Position numbers and translations under genes: made by a program. Under the pieces are notes generated by a model. That model did no database searches, was not told the DNA's origin, and was given only the letters and a program-made list of their open reading frames with translations. DNA of 64,000 nt. Source: Mobula hypostoma (Eukaryota). This document shows, in pieces, positions 48,796 to 61,243 of the stretch. The DNA lies in the NCBI RefSeq assembly GCF_963921235.1, contig NW_026948112.1, forward strand, positions 1 to 64,000, in the 5' to 3' direction. The stretch's first letter is position 1. Each line of letters opens with the position of its first letter.

Positions 48796-51700
48796 AGGCA
48801 AAGTGAATAGGATTAAGCAACCTTGGTTCTCAAGGGATATTGCAACTCTGATAAAGAAAAAGAGGGAGTTTTATGACATTTATAGGAAACGGAGTAAATA
48901 AGGTGCTTGAGGAGTATAAGAAGTGCAAGAAAATACTTAAGAAAGAAATCAGGAGGGCTAGAAGAAGACATGAGGTTGCTGTGGCAGTCAAAGTGAAGGA
49001 TAATCCAAAGAGCTTTTACAGGTATATTAAGAGCAAAAGGATTGTGAGGGATAAAATTGGTCCTCTTGAAGATCAGAGTGGTCGGCTATGTGCTGAACCA
49101 AAGGAAATGGGGGAGATCTTAAATAGGTTTTTTGCGTCTGTATTTGCTAAAGAAACTGGCATGAAGTCTATGGAGTTAAGGGAAACAAGTAGTGAGATCA
49201 TGGAAACTGTACAGATTGAAAAGGAGGAGGTGCTTGCTGTCTTGAGGAAAATTAAAGTAGATAAATCCCCGGGACCTGACAGGGTGTTCCCTCGGACCCT
49301 GAAGGAGACTAGTGTTGAAATTGCAGGGGCCCTGGCAGAAATATTTAAAATGTCGCTGTCTACAGGTGAGGTGCCGGAAGATTGGAGAGTGGCTCATGTT
49401 GTTCCGTTGTTTAAAAAAGGATCGATAAGTAACCCAGGAAATTATAGGCCGGTAAGTTTAATGTCGGTAGTAGGTAAGTTATTGGAGGGAGTACTAAGAG
49501 ACAGAATCTACAAGCATTTAGATAGACAGGGACTTACTAGGGAGAGTGAACATGGCTTTGTGCGTGGTAGGTCATGTTTGACCAATCTATTGGAGTTTTT
49601 CCAGGAGGTTACCAGGAAAGTGGATGAAGGGAAGGCAGTGGATATTGTCTACATGGACTTCACTAAGGCTTTTGACAAGGTCCCGCATGGGAGGTTAGTT
49701 AGGAAAATTCAGTCGCTAGGTATACATGGAGAGGTGGTAAATTGGATTAGACATTGGCTCAATGGTAGAAGCCAAAGAGCGGTAGTAGAGAATTGCTTCT
49801 CCGAGTGGAGGCCTGTGACTAGCGGTGTGCCACAGGGATCAGTGCTGGGTCCATTGTTATTTCTCATCTATATCAATGATCTGGATGATAATGTGGTAAA
49901 TTGGATCAGCAAATTTGCTGATGATACAGAGATTGGAGGTGTAGTGGACAGTGAGGAAGGTTTTCAGAGCCTGCAGAGGGACTTGGACCAGCTGGAAAAA
50001 TGGGCTGAAAAATGGCAGATGGAGTTTAACACAGACAAGTGTGAGGTATTGCACGTTTGAAGGACAAACCAAGGTAGAACATACAGGGTTAATGGTAAGG
50101 CACTGAGGAGTGCAGTAGAACAGAGGGATCTGGGAATACAGATATAAAATTCCCTAAAATTGGCATCGCAGGTAGATAGGGTCGTAAACAGTGCTTTTGG
50201 TACATTGGCCTTTATTAATCAAAGTATTGAGTATAAGAGCTAGAATGTTATGATGAGGTTGTATAAGGCATTGGTGAGGCCGAATCTGGAGTATTGTGTT
50301 CAGTTTTGGTTACCATATTACAGGAAGGATATAAATAAGGTTGAAAGAGTGCAGAGAATGTTTACAAGGATGTTGCCGGGACTTGAGAAACTCAGTTACA
50401 GAGAAAGGTTGAATAGGTTAGGACTTTATTCCCTGGAGCGTAGAAGAATGAGGGGAGATTTGATCGAGGTATATAAAATTATGATGGGTATAGATAGAGT
50501 GAATGCAAGTAGGCTTTTTCCACTGAGGCAAGGGGAGAAAAAAACCAGAGGACATGGGTTAAGGGTGAGGGGGGAAAAGTTTAAAGGGAACATTAGGGGG
50601 GGCTTCTTCACACAGAGAGTGGTGGGAGTATGGAATGAGCTGCCAGACGAGGTGGTAAATGCGGGTTCTTTTTTAACATTTAAGAATAAATTGGCCAGAT
50701 ACATGGATGGGAAGTGTATGGAGGGATATGGTCCGTGTGCAGGTCAGTGGGACTAGGCAGAAAATGGTTCGGTACAGCCAAGAAGGGCCAAAAGGCCTCT
50801 TTCTGTACTGTAGTTTTTCTATGGTTTGTATGGTTTTCTGGTAAGGGGTATAGATGGGGTAGAGTTTGTCAGGTGTGTCCAGGAAGCTTTCTTGACACAA
50901 TATGTAGGTAAGCCTACAAGAGAAGAGGCTGGAGTTGAGCTGGTATTGGAAAATGATCCTGGTCATTCGTCAGGTCTCTCAGTGGGAGAGCATTTTGCAG
51001 ATAGTGATCAGAATTCTATCTCCTTTACCATGGCATTAGAGAGGGATAGGAACAGACAAGTTAGGAAAACGTTTAATTGGATTAAGGGGAAATATGAGGC
51101 TATCAGGCAGGAACTTGAAAGCATAAATTGCCAACAGATTTTATCAGGGAAACCTACGGAAGAAATATCGCAAATGTTCACGGGATATTTGCGTGAGGTT
51201 CAGAGTAGGTACGTTCCAATGAGACATGGAAAGGATGGTATGGTACAAGATCCGTGGTGTACACAGGCTGTTGTAAATCGAATCAAGAAGAAAAGAAGAG
51301 CTTATGAAAGGTTCAAACAACTAGGTAATGATGGGAATCCAGAAGATTATAAGGATAGCAGGAAGGAGTTTAAGAATGAAATTAGGAGAGCCAGAAGGGG
51401 CCATGAGAAGGCCTTGGCGGACAGTGTTAAGCAAAAACCCAAGGTGTTCTACAAGTATGTGAAGAGCAAGATGATAAGACGTGAGAGAATAGGGCCATCA
51501 AGTGTGATAGTGGAAAAGTGTGTATGGAACCGGACGAAATAACGGAGGGACTTAATGAATACTTTGCTTCAGTATTCACTACGGAACAGGATATTGGCGA
51601 TTGTAGGGATGACTTCCAGTGCCATGAAAAGGTTGAGCATGTATATATTAAGGAAGAGGATGTGCTGGAGCTTTTCGAAAGCATCAAGCTGTATAAGTCA

Positions 51701-53824
51701 CCGGGACCAGACGGAATGCACCCCAGGCGACTGTGGGAAGCGAAGGAAGAGATAGCTGAGCCTCTGGTAATGATCTTCGTATCATCAATGAGGACAGGAG
51801 AGGTACCGGAGGATTGGAGGGTTGTGGATGTCGTTCCCTTACTCAAGAAAGGGAGTACGGAAAGAGACGATGGGCCAGTGAGTCTTACCTCAGTGGTGGG
51901 TGAGTTAATGGAAAAGATGCTGAGACGCAGGATTTATAAACATTTGGAGAGACAAAATATGATTATGAATCGTCAGCATAGCTTTGTCAAAGGCAAGTCT
52001 GATTGAATTTTTGAGGATGTCACTAAACACATTGATGAAGTTAGCACCGTAGATCTAGTGTATATGGATTGTAGCAAGGCATTTGATAAGGTACACCATA
52101 CAAAGCTTATTGAGAACATAAGAAGGCAAAGAGTGGTTGTAGACGGGTCATATTCTACATGGAGCCCGGTGACCACTGGTGCGCCTTAGGGATCTGCTCT
52201 GGGACCCCTACACTTCGTGATTTTTATAAATAACCTGGATGAGGAAGTGGAGGGATGGGTTTGTAAATTTGCTGATGACACAAATAAGGTGTGTTGTGGA
52301 CAGTATGGATGGCTGTCAGAGGTTACAACGGGATATTAATATCATGGAAAACTGGGCAGAGAAGTGGCAGATGGCGTTCAACCCAGATAAGTGTGAGGTG
52401 GTTCATTTTGGTAGGTTAAATATGATGAGAGAATATAGTATTAATGGTAAGACTCTTGGCAGTGTGAGGATCAGAGGGATCTTGGGGTCGGAGTCCATAG
52501 GACGCTCAAAGCTGCTACGCAGGTTGACTCTGTGGTTAAGAAGACGTATAATGCATTGGCCTTCATTAATCATAACATTGAGTTTAAGAGCCGACAGATA
52601 ATGTTGCAGCTATATAGGACCCTGGTCGGACTCGACTTGGAGTACGGTGCTCATTTCCGTTTGCCTCACTACAGGCCGGACGTAGAAACCATAGAAAGGG
52701 TGCAGAGGAGATTTACAAGGATGTTGCCTGGATTGGGGACCATGCCTTATGAGAATAGGTTGAGTGAACTCGACCTTTTCTCTTTGGAGCGACGGAGGAT
52801 GAGAGGTGACCTGATAGATGTGTACAAGATATTGAGAGGCATTGATCGTGTGGATTGTCAGAGCCTTTTCCCCATGGCTGAAATGGCTAGCACGAGAGGA
52901 CATAGCTTTAAGGTACTTGGAAGTAGGTACAGAGGAGATGGCAGGGATAAGATTTTTACGTAGAGTGTCACGAGTGCGTGGAATGGACTGCCAGCGGCGG
53001 TTCTGGAGGCAGCAACAATAGGGTCTTTTAAGAGACTCCTGAATGTCTACATGGAGCTTAGGAAAAATAGAGGGCTATGGGTAAAGCCGAAGTAGTTCTA
53101 AGTAGGGCACGTTCAGCACAGGTTTATAGGCCAAAGGGTCTGTATTTTGCTGTAGGTTTTCTATGTTCTAAATTCTATTATGTGTTATTGCATCAGGACC
53201 TTTCCCATCAGTGTGGCAGGTCTTCGGAATGTATTGAAAACTACGTTATCAATCCGCATCACCACCTCCACTGATGTTTGAACTCCTATTTCCTTGTCTT
53301 TTCGACATTAGCACTCTTGAGAACCCCATCACCCTCTATGAATATCCCAGCCCTACTCACCCGTGGAAGGTAATCACCACAAACCTCAGTATTGATCCCT
53401 GTCTGCCCTTCGCTGTCCATCTGTCAAACTGATCAATTTCATCCCATAACCAATGGCACATGGGCTTATTACTTCACCCAGTATCTAGACACCAGCGAAA
53501 TGCTCTCTTGTGAGCTATTCAGTTCAGACCGTACATACATCGATGTAGCATGTCATGCAACAAGAGATAAATGAAACAGATTACACAATGTTGTGATATA
53601 TTTAAAGTGAAAATGAAGTTCAGAATGTCAAATATGTAAATACAACGATCTATCTCACTATTAACAACTCGACTAATTGTCTGCGGGCACAAATGTAATG
53701 AATGCAGATGCCCTATCGGTTTGATTCGAGGGTCATTTGAACGCGATTGAAATACTTTGCTTCATAGCAGTGTGCCACTTGATGGGAGCTGGTTTACCAG
53801 GTGATAGACTGTATCGATCTGATG

Positions 53825-53934
53825 CACAGACAACATTCTGGAGTAACTCAGCAGGTCAGGCAGCATCTGTGGTAATGAATAAACAGTTAACTTTTCAAGC
53901 CGCACAGGAGAAAAGTGGAAGACGCCAGAGACAG

Positions 53935-53973
<39 letters not shown>

Positions 53974-54370
53974 GGCGGGGGGGGGGGGGAGTTTTGGCGA
54001 GACAAGCTAAAAGGTGGTAGGTGAAGCTATACGGTTGAAGGTAGGGCACGAAATGTGGCTGGAGGGTGATAGGTGGAAAAGACAAAGGCCTGGAGATGTA
54101 TGAATCTGATAGGAGTGGAGAGTGGGTTGTAGGAGAAAGACAAGGAGTATCGGCATCAGCGGGTGGTGACACGCAGCAGAGGAGAAGAGTGAGAGGCCAG
54201 AATGCGAAAATGAAGAAGACAGAATGTGGAGTAGAAATACTGGAAGATGGAGATATCCATCTTCATGCCGTAAGATTGGAGGTTACCCAAACAAAATGTA
54301 AGGTGTTAGACCTCCAGCCTGAGAGGCCCTCATCGTGGCAGAAGAAGAGGACCGGGACATGTCGAACCGG
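53825..54370 (-). mobile_element. Degenerate Penelope-like relic containing a (GT)n microsatellite (53937-53972)
   Basis: ctggagtaactcagcaggtcaggcagcatct...aaacagttaacttttcaagccg resembles 44420-44490; hammerhead core eroded. Confidence 0.6.
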
Positions 54371-54409
54371 GAATGGGGATAAGAATTGAAATTATGACTC
54401 CGCTATAAT

Positions 54410-54760
54410 GCATGATTTTTTTTAAAAAATTGAATAGTCCAAAATTATCATCAAATGAACGTTTAAAACTAGATGTACCTATTACGGTAGAAGAAATAAA
54501 AAATGCTATTTCTTCCATGAACTCAGGTAAAGCACCCGGACCAGATAGATATACAGTAGAATTTTTTAAATCTTTCTCTACTATACTGACTCCTTGGCTA
54601 TATAGATTTTTTAGGGATGCAGTATCTATAGGTAAATTACCACAATCTTTTTATCGAGCTTCTATTTCCCTAATTCTCAAAAAAGATAAGGATCCTACTG
54701 AACGTGCATCTTATAGGCCTATATCTTTGTTGAATGTGGATTGTAAGTTTTCATCTTGAA
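54410..54760 (+). mobile_element. L1/Tx1-clade ORF2 RT fragment
   Basis: PITVEEIKNAISSMNSGKAPGPD...EFFKSF...ISLILKKDKDP...SYRPISLLNVDCK is L1-type, not CR1-type. Confidence 0.85.
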
Positions 54761-54776
54761 ACTACAGAAAAGGCAT

Positions 54777-55768
54777 TGTGACGAGGTCCTGAATTACCCC
54801 TATGAACTGTGCCCAATTACCCCCATGAACTGTGTTTTTGAAAAGAGAGAGAGAGGTATTTAACACCGACATGTTGTTTTGAAAAGAGAGAGAGAAAGAA
54901 AGAGAGAGAAACGAAGACTAATTGTTGGACTGTCACTTTAAGGCACGAGAAAGAACTGACTAACTTTTGGATTTCTGCTGAGTTGGAGATAGCACCGAGC
55001 AGCTCGTAAGTTGCTATGGTGACCGAAGGCTGCTTATTTGATGGACAATCAATGTTATGATTTTTCGGCAGCGTGCTTTATACTTCTCAAGGACATTTGC
55101 CTGCTTGTGCATTTCTTACACAGAGAAAGGAAGGAGGAGTTATTTGACTGACAGTTGATACACAGTGCGGTGAGATAAATAGGAGGTCAGATGACATAGA
55201 CCTCAGACACATGTTTTGGACACAATGAGCTTTGATGTGCCCGCAGAAAAAGTGGGTTTTTCGAGGATCGATCAGTCAGATCGATTAGTTGGCTCTTACA
55301 GTGAGAAAAGAGGTTGATCGGTGGGGAGTTGTCCATGTGTCCAACCTTTGCCTGGGTTGATTGCTCCACCACAGAAAACCGGTCCCCTTTGTTGTGGTCA
55401 CAGTCGGTGACTTTTGAAGTATTTTGGAGGACAACGGGAAGATCAACGGGGTCAGCTCAACTGAGGACTCAAATCTCTCCCTCTCTCTCTTCTCTCCATC
55501 ACTACTTAACTCAACACTACGAACTAAACTGAACTTTACTCATCATCTTAAGACTGTATCTTTTTACCCCTAGACTTGAAGAAGCTTGGTTTATCATATA
55601 TATTTCCACACTTACTGATATAATCATTGCTAACCTGTTTGATTTATCTCCATTTATATTACTGTATTGCGTAGTTACTAATAAATATTATTGGTTAATA
55701 GCAATACTGGTCTCCAAAGTGTTATCCACCTCTGCTGGTTCTTTATTCCCGTCACGGGGTATGTGACA
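54777..55768 (+). repeat. Solo LTR (992 bp) of the same Gypsy family
   Basis: TGTGAC...GTGACA termini; TSD GCAT at 54773-54776 and 55769-55772; homologous to the reverse complement of the LTRs at 2647 and 16323. Confidence 0.93.
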
Positions 55769-56092
55769 GCATGATCGGCGAACGTTGCAGCGGAGAGAAT
55801 AAAACTGGTTTAGAGATCGAGAGAGACACAGCACGGGATCAGACACTTCGGCCTCCGAAGCCTGCGACCTCCACCTCGTACCAATTATTAAACTAATCTT
55901 TCCTTTTATTTCTATTTTATTCACCATATTCCCGCTCTCGTCACCGCCACGCCCCTTTCATTAATGATGGAGAGGGTTAGGATCTGGGGACATCGGCAGA
56001 AATATATCTCACTCGATTGTCAGTCTTTTGCGTAAGAATGAAACGGGGGAAAAAAGTGAACAGTCCGCACGACCCTACAGTACACCTTAGAC

Positions 56093-58897
56093 TTGTCCTT
56101 GTGTGTCAATGCAAGGAGCATTCGTAATAAGGTGGATGAATTGAAAGTACAGATTGTTATTAATGATTATGATATAGTTGGGATCACAGAGACATGGCTC
56201 CAGGGTGACCAGGGATGGGAGCTCAACGTTCAGGGATATGCAATATTCAGGAGGGATAGACATGAAGGAAGGGGAGGTGGGGTGGCGTTGCTGGTTAAAG
56301 AAGAGATTAACGCAATAGAAAGGAAGGACATAAGCCGGGAAGATGTGGAATCGATATGGGTAGAGCTGCATAACACTAAGGGGCAGAAGACGCTGGTGGG
56401 AGTTGTGTACAGGCCACTTAACAGTAGTAGTGAGGTCGGAAATGGTATTAAACAGGAAAGTAGAAATGTGTGCAATAAAGGAACAGCAGTTATAATGGGT
56501 GACTTCAATCTACATGTAGATTGGGTGAACCAAATTGGTAAAGGTGCTGAGGAAGAGGATTTCTTGGAATGTATGCGGGATGGTTTTTTGAACCAACATG
56601 TCGAGGAACCAACTAGAGAGCAGGCTATTCTGGACTGGGTTTTGAGCAATGAGGAAGGGTTAACTAGCAATCTTGTCGTGAGAGGCCACTTGGGTAAGAG
56701 TGACCATAATATGGTGGAATTCTTCATTAAGATGGAGAGTGACATAGTTAATTCAGAAACAAAGGTTCTGAACTTAAAGAGGGGTAACTTTGAAGGTATG
56801 AGACGTGAATTAGCTAAGATAGACTGGCAAATGACACTTAAAGGATTGACGGTGGATATGCAATGGCAAGCATTTAAAGGTTGCATGGATGAACTACAAC
56901 AATTGTTCATCCCATTTTGGCAAAAGAATAAATCAAGGAAGGTAGTGCACCCGTGGCTGAGAAGAGAAATTAGGGATAGTATCAATTCCAAAGAAGAAGC
57001 ATACAAATTAGCCAGAGAAAGTGGCTCACCTGAGGACGGGGAGAAATTCAGAGTTCAGCAGAGGAGGACAAAGGGCTTAATTAGGAAGGGAAAAAAAGAA
57101 TATGAGAGAAAACTGGCAGGGAACATAAAAACGGATTGTAAAAGCTTTTATAGATATGTAAAAAGGAAAAGACTGGTAAAGACAAATGTAGGTCCCCTGC
57201 AGACAGAAACAGGTGAATTGATTATGGGGAGCAAGGACATGGCAGACCAGTTGAATAATTACTTTGGTTCTGTCTTCACTAAGGAGGACATAAATAATCT
57301 TCCAGAAATAGTAGAGGACAGAGGGTCCAGTGAGATGGAGGAACTGAGCGAAATACATGTTAGTAGGGAAGTGGTGTTAGGTAAATTGAAGGGGTTGAAG
57401 GCAGATAAATCCCCAGGGCCAGAAGGTCAGCATCCTAGAGTGCTTAAGGAAGTAGCTCAAGACATAGTGTATGTGTTAGTGATAATTTTTCAAAACTCGT
57501 TAGATTCTGGACTAGTTCCTGAGGATTGGAGGGTGGCTAATGTAACCCCACTTTTTAAAAAAGGAGGGAGAGAGAAACCGGGGAATTATAGACCGGTTAG
57601 CCTAACGTCAGTGGCGGGGAAACTGCTGGAGTCAGTTATCAAGGATGTGATAACAGCACATTTGGAAAGGGGTGAAATCATTGGACAAAGTCAGCATGGA
57701 TTTGTGAAAGGAAAATCATGTCTGACGAATCTCATAGAATTTTTTGAGGATGTAACTAGTAGAGTGGATAGGGGAGAACCAGTGGATGTGGTATATTTGG
57801 ATTTTCAAATGGCTTTTGACAAAGTCCCACACAGGAGATTAGTGTGCAAACTTAAAGCACACGGTATTGGGGGTAAGGTATTGGTGTGGGTGGAGAATTG
57901 GTTAGCAGACAGGAAGCAAAGAGTGGGAATAAACGGGACCTTTTCAGAATGGCAGGCGGTGACTAGTGGGGTACCGCAAGGCTCAGTGCTGGGACCCCAG
58001 TTGTTTACAATATATATTAATGACTTGGATGAGGGAATTGAATGCAGCATCTCCAAGTTTGTGGATGACACGAAGCTGGGTGGCAGTGTTAGCTGTGAGG
58101 AGGATGCTAAGAGGATGCAGGGTGACTTGGATAGGTTGGGTGAGTGGGCAAATTCATGGCAGATGCAATTTAATGTGGATAAATGTGAAGTTATCCACTT
58201 TGGTGGCAAAAATAGGAAAACAGATTATTATCTGAATGGTGGCCGATTAGGAAAAGGGGAGGTGCAACGAGACCTGGGTGTCATTATACACCAGTCATTG
58301 AAAGTGGGCATGCAGGTACAGCAGGCGGTGAAAAAGGCGAATGGTATGCTGGCATTTATAGCGAGAGGATTCGAGTGCAGGAGCAGGGAGGTACTACTGC
58401 AGTTGTACAAGGCCTCGGTGAGACCACACCTGGAGTATTGTGTGCAGTTTTGGTCCCCTAATCTGAGGAAAGACATCCTTGCCATAGAGGGAGTACAAAG
58501 AAGGTTCACCAGATTGATTCCTGGGATGGCAGGACTTTCATATGAAGAAAGATTGGATGAACTGGGCTTGTACTCGTTGGAATTTAGAAGATTGAGGGGG
58601 GATCTGATTGAAACGTATAAAATCCTAAAGGGATTGGACAGGCTCGATGCAGGAAGATTGTTCCCGATGTTGGGGAAGTCCAGAACGAGGGGCCACAGTT
58701 TGAGGATAGAGGGGAAGCCTTTTAGGATCGAGATTAGGAAAAACTTCTTCACACAGAGAGTGGTAAATCTGTGGAATTCTCTGCCACAGGAAACAGTTGA
58801 GGCCAGTTCATTGGCTATATTTAAGAGGGAGTTAGATATGGCCCTTGTGGCTACGGGGGTCAGGGGGTATGGAGGGAAGGCTGGGGTGGGGTTCTGA
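56093..58897 (+). CDS. Uninterrupted CR1 family-A ORF2 frame (APE endonuclease + RT, 934 codons) in a 5'-truncated copy (~56098-58995); no native start codon
   Basis: NARS, GITETW, GDFN and SDHN endonuclease motifs; QHGF, AFDKV, QGSVLGP and FVDD RT motifs; (TTTCTATG)n tail at ~58973-58995. Confidence 0.9.
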   Translation: MSLCVNARSIRNKVDELKVQIVINDYDIVGITETWLQGDQGWELNVQGYAIFRRDRHEGRGGGVALLVKEEINAIERKDISREDVESIWVELHNTKGQKTLVGVVYRPLNSSSEVGNGIKQESRNVCNKGTAVIMGDFNLHVDWVNQIGKGAEEEDFLECMRDGFLNQHVEEPTREQAILDWVLSNEEGLTSNLVVRGHLGKSDHNMVEFFIKMESDIVNSETKVLNLKRGNFEGMRRELAKIDWQMTLKGLTVDMQWQAFKGCMDELQQLFIPFWQKNKSRKVVHPWLRREIRDSINSKEEAYKLARESGSPEDGEKFRVQQRRTKGLIRKGKKEYERKLAGNIKTDCKSFYRYVKRKRLVKTNVGPLQTETGELIMGSKDMADQLNNYFGSVFTKEDINNLPEIVEDRGSSEMEELSEIHVSREVVLGKLKGLKADKSPGPEGQHPRVLKEVAQDIVYVLVIIFQNSLDSGLVPEDWRVANVTPLFKKGGREKPGNYRPVSLTSVAGKLLESVIKDVITAHLERGEIIGQSQHGFVKGKSCLTNLIEFFEDVTSRVDRGEPVDVVYLDFQMAFDKVPHRRLVCKLKAHGIGGKVLVWVENWLADRKQRVGINGTFSEWQAVTSGVPQGSVLGPQLFTIYINDLDEGIECSISKFVDDTKLGGSVSCEEDAKRMQGDLDRLGEWANSWQMQFNVDKCEVIHFGGKNRKTDYYLNGGRLGKGEVQRDLGVIIHQSLKVGMQVQQAVKKANGMLAFIARGFECRSREVLLQLYKASVRPHLEYCVQFWSPNLRKDILAIEGVQRRFTRLIPGMAGLSYEERLDELGLYSLEFRRLRGDLIETYKILKGLDRLDAGRLFPMLGKSRTRGHSLRIEGKPFRIEIRKNFFTQRVVNLWNSLPQETVEASSLAIFKRELDMALVATGVRGYGGKAGVGF

Positions 58898-59239
58898 GTT
58901 GGATGATCAGCCATGATCATAATAAATGGCGGTGCAGGCTCAAAGGGCCGAATGGCCTACTCCTGCACCTATTTTCTATGTTTCTATGTTTCTATAAGAT
59001 AAACCTGTTCCGGAGAAATGCTTAACACTACAGAACCCATGCATTCCATTCATAATAGAGCAAATTTTGATGCAAAATCTCAATGTCTACTCTGCTTGAC
59101 TGAAGAAATGTCATGTTACCACCTGATTTGTAATAAATGTCCATCTGAACAAACTGCATGTTGAATCCCCTCTGCATTCACTTCACTATAATCACGTGTC
59201 TGTTAATATTTTTATTGTTTTCAGCTAAAACCAGTAACA

Positions 59240-59595
59240 GACATCACACCCTGCAAAAACTCATTTCAGGGAGGTATCACCACCATTTCAGGGAGGTAGC
59301 GCCCCCACCCCCCCCCCGCCCCGTCGACCTCCAAGGGTGTATGTAATACTTCGTTTAGTTATTTTGTCTAATCTGTAAACCAAGTTGGGTATATGCAGCA
59401 AATGTGACATTAAAATATGGCCTTATATTATATTATCATGTTTATTCTATTACAACTTTAAGCAAGGAGTTTGGCCTCATCACGTAGGACATCAATACCG
59501 TAGCTCCTTAGCAGCTAGCCAGCTAGTTTAAATAACGTTAGCTATGCTGTAATGACACCTGTTAAACTCACCTCAACATGACTTTTACATTTTAA
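59240..59595. mobile_element. Possible DNA-transposon-derived relic
   Basis: Direct repeat catttcagggaggta x2 and gctagccagctag/aacgttagcta motifs; no TIR pair or ORF found. Confidence 0.3.
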
Positions 59596-59597
59596 AA

Positions 59598-60818
59598 GTC
59601 AGCATGGCTTTGTGAAGGGCAGATCGTGTCTAACAAGCCTGATAGAGTTCTTTGAGGAGGTGACCAGGCATATAGATGAGGCTAGTGCAGTGGATGTGAT
59701 CTATATGGATTTTCGTAAGGCATTTGACAAGGTTCCACACGGTAGGCTTATTCAGAAAGTCAGAAGGCATGGGATCCAGGGAGGATTGGCCAGGTGGATT
59801 CAGAATTGGCTTGCCTGCAGAAGGCAGAGGGTCGTAGTGGAGGGAGTACATTCAGACTGGAGGATTGTGACTAGTGGTGTCCCACAAGGATCTGTTCTGG
59901 GACCTCTACATTTCGTCATTTTTATTAACTACCTGGATGTGGGGGTAGAAGGGTGGGTTGGCAAGTTTGCAGACGACACAATGGTTGGTGGTGTTGTAGA
60001 TAGTGTAGAAGATTGTCAAAGATTGCAGAGAGACATTGATAGTATGCAGAAGTGGGCAGAGAAGTGGCGGATGGAGTTCAACCCAAGCCACAGTACAAAG
60101 TAAATGACAGGATACTTGGTAGTGTGGAGGAGCAGAGGGATCTGGGGGTACATGTCCACAGATCCCTGAAAGTTACCTCACAGGTGGATAGGGTAGTTAA
60201 GAAAGATTATGGGGTGTTAGCTTTCATAAGTCGAGGGATAGAGTTTAAGAGCCGCGATGTAATGATGCAGCTCTATAAAACTCTGGTTAGGCCACACTTG
60301 GAGTACTGTGTCCAGTTCTGGTCGCCTCACTATAGGAAGGATGTGGAAGCATTGGAAAGGATACAAAGGAAATTTACCAGGATGCTGCCTAGTTTAGAGA
60401 GTATGCATTATGATCAGACATTAAGGGAACTAGGGCTTTACTCTTTGAAGAAAAGGAGGATGAGAGGAGACACGATAGAGGTGTACAAGATAATAAGAGG
60501 AATAGATAGAGTGTATAGCCAGCGCCTCTTCCCCAAGGCACCACTGCCCAATACAAGAGGACACGGCTTTAAGGTAAGGGGTGGGAAGTTCAAGGGGGAT
60601 GTTAGAGGAAGGTTTTTTACTCAGAGAGTGGTTGGTGCATGGAATGCACTGCCTGAGTCAGTGGTGGAGGCAGATGCACGAGTGAAGTTTAAGAGACTAC
60701 TAGACCGGTATCTGGAGGAATTTAAGGTGGGGGGCTTATATGGGAGGCAGGGATCGAGGGTCGGCACAATATTGTGGGCCAAAGGGTCTGTACTGTGCTG
60801 TAGTATTCTATGTTCTAT
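59598..60818 (+). mobile_element. 5'-truncated CR1 family F
   Basis: ORFs 59612-60103 and 60052-60867 match 9487-10745; small deletion near 60085. Confidence 0.92.
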
Positions 60819-61243
60819 AAACTTGAAGTATGGACATAGACAAGCACACTCGTTTCTCTATTGCTGATTACTTTGGGATGATTCTCATGGAGTTTAGTAT
60901 TATAGATTTCCGGAGATTTGCATTAATATTTCCGTTTCGACCTAGTTGTTTAATATTATTCCGTAGTTACTTTGGAATGAAACCAGTTGTGTATATCACA
61001 GTTGGGACAATGTATACACTGTTCGTGTGCCAAAGACTTTCTATTTCCTCTACCAAGTCAGTATATTTCTGATCTTTTTCACTACTTAATTTCTGTAAGA
61101 TGTGTGCGTTTAGAATGGCGATATAGAAACCATAGAAAAACTACAGCACAGAAACAGGCCTTTTCAGTACAGGAGATTGCATGATGTATTGAAGGTTTTT
61201 AAAACGTCAATGAGGTCCAATTTGGAATATTCTGTACAGTTTA

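Larger units (their letters stand above)
44108..50839 (+). mobile_element. Full-length decayed CR1 (family D): duplicated 5' UTR monomer, ORF1 (45278-46239), ORF2 (46242-50756)
   Basis: ORFs 45182-45859, 46242-46562, 46546-47208, 48873-50060 and 50250-50756; ORF2 matches 17978-20428 and 61244-64000. Confidence 0.92.
43465..53170 (+). mobile_element. Older CR1 (family E) in two parts, 43465-44107 and ~50840-53170, hosting nested insertions
   Basis: EN domain breaks after ...DFNSPNTGWLLP-like sequence at 44107 and resumes GIDGVEFVRCVQE at ~50845. RT pieces run 51518-52963, with the tail at ~53160. Confidence 0.85.

Noticed and set aside
53737..53800. Hydrophobic peptide ending ...GAGLP|GTGATA as a possible GPCR exon 1 or leader exon
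   Set aside because: No in-frame ATG nearby, weak donor, and no partner exon found.
56230..58920. Long antisense ORFs (258 aa, 230 aa) recurring opposite CR1 ORF2 in many copies
   Set aside because: Expected shadow of ORF2 codon bias; no recognisable domain; recurrence only reflects copy homology.
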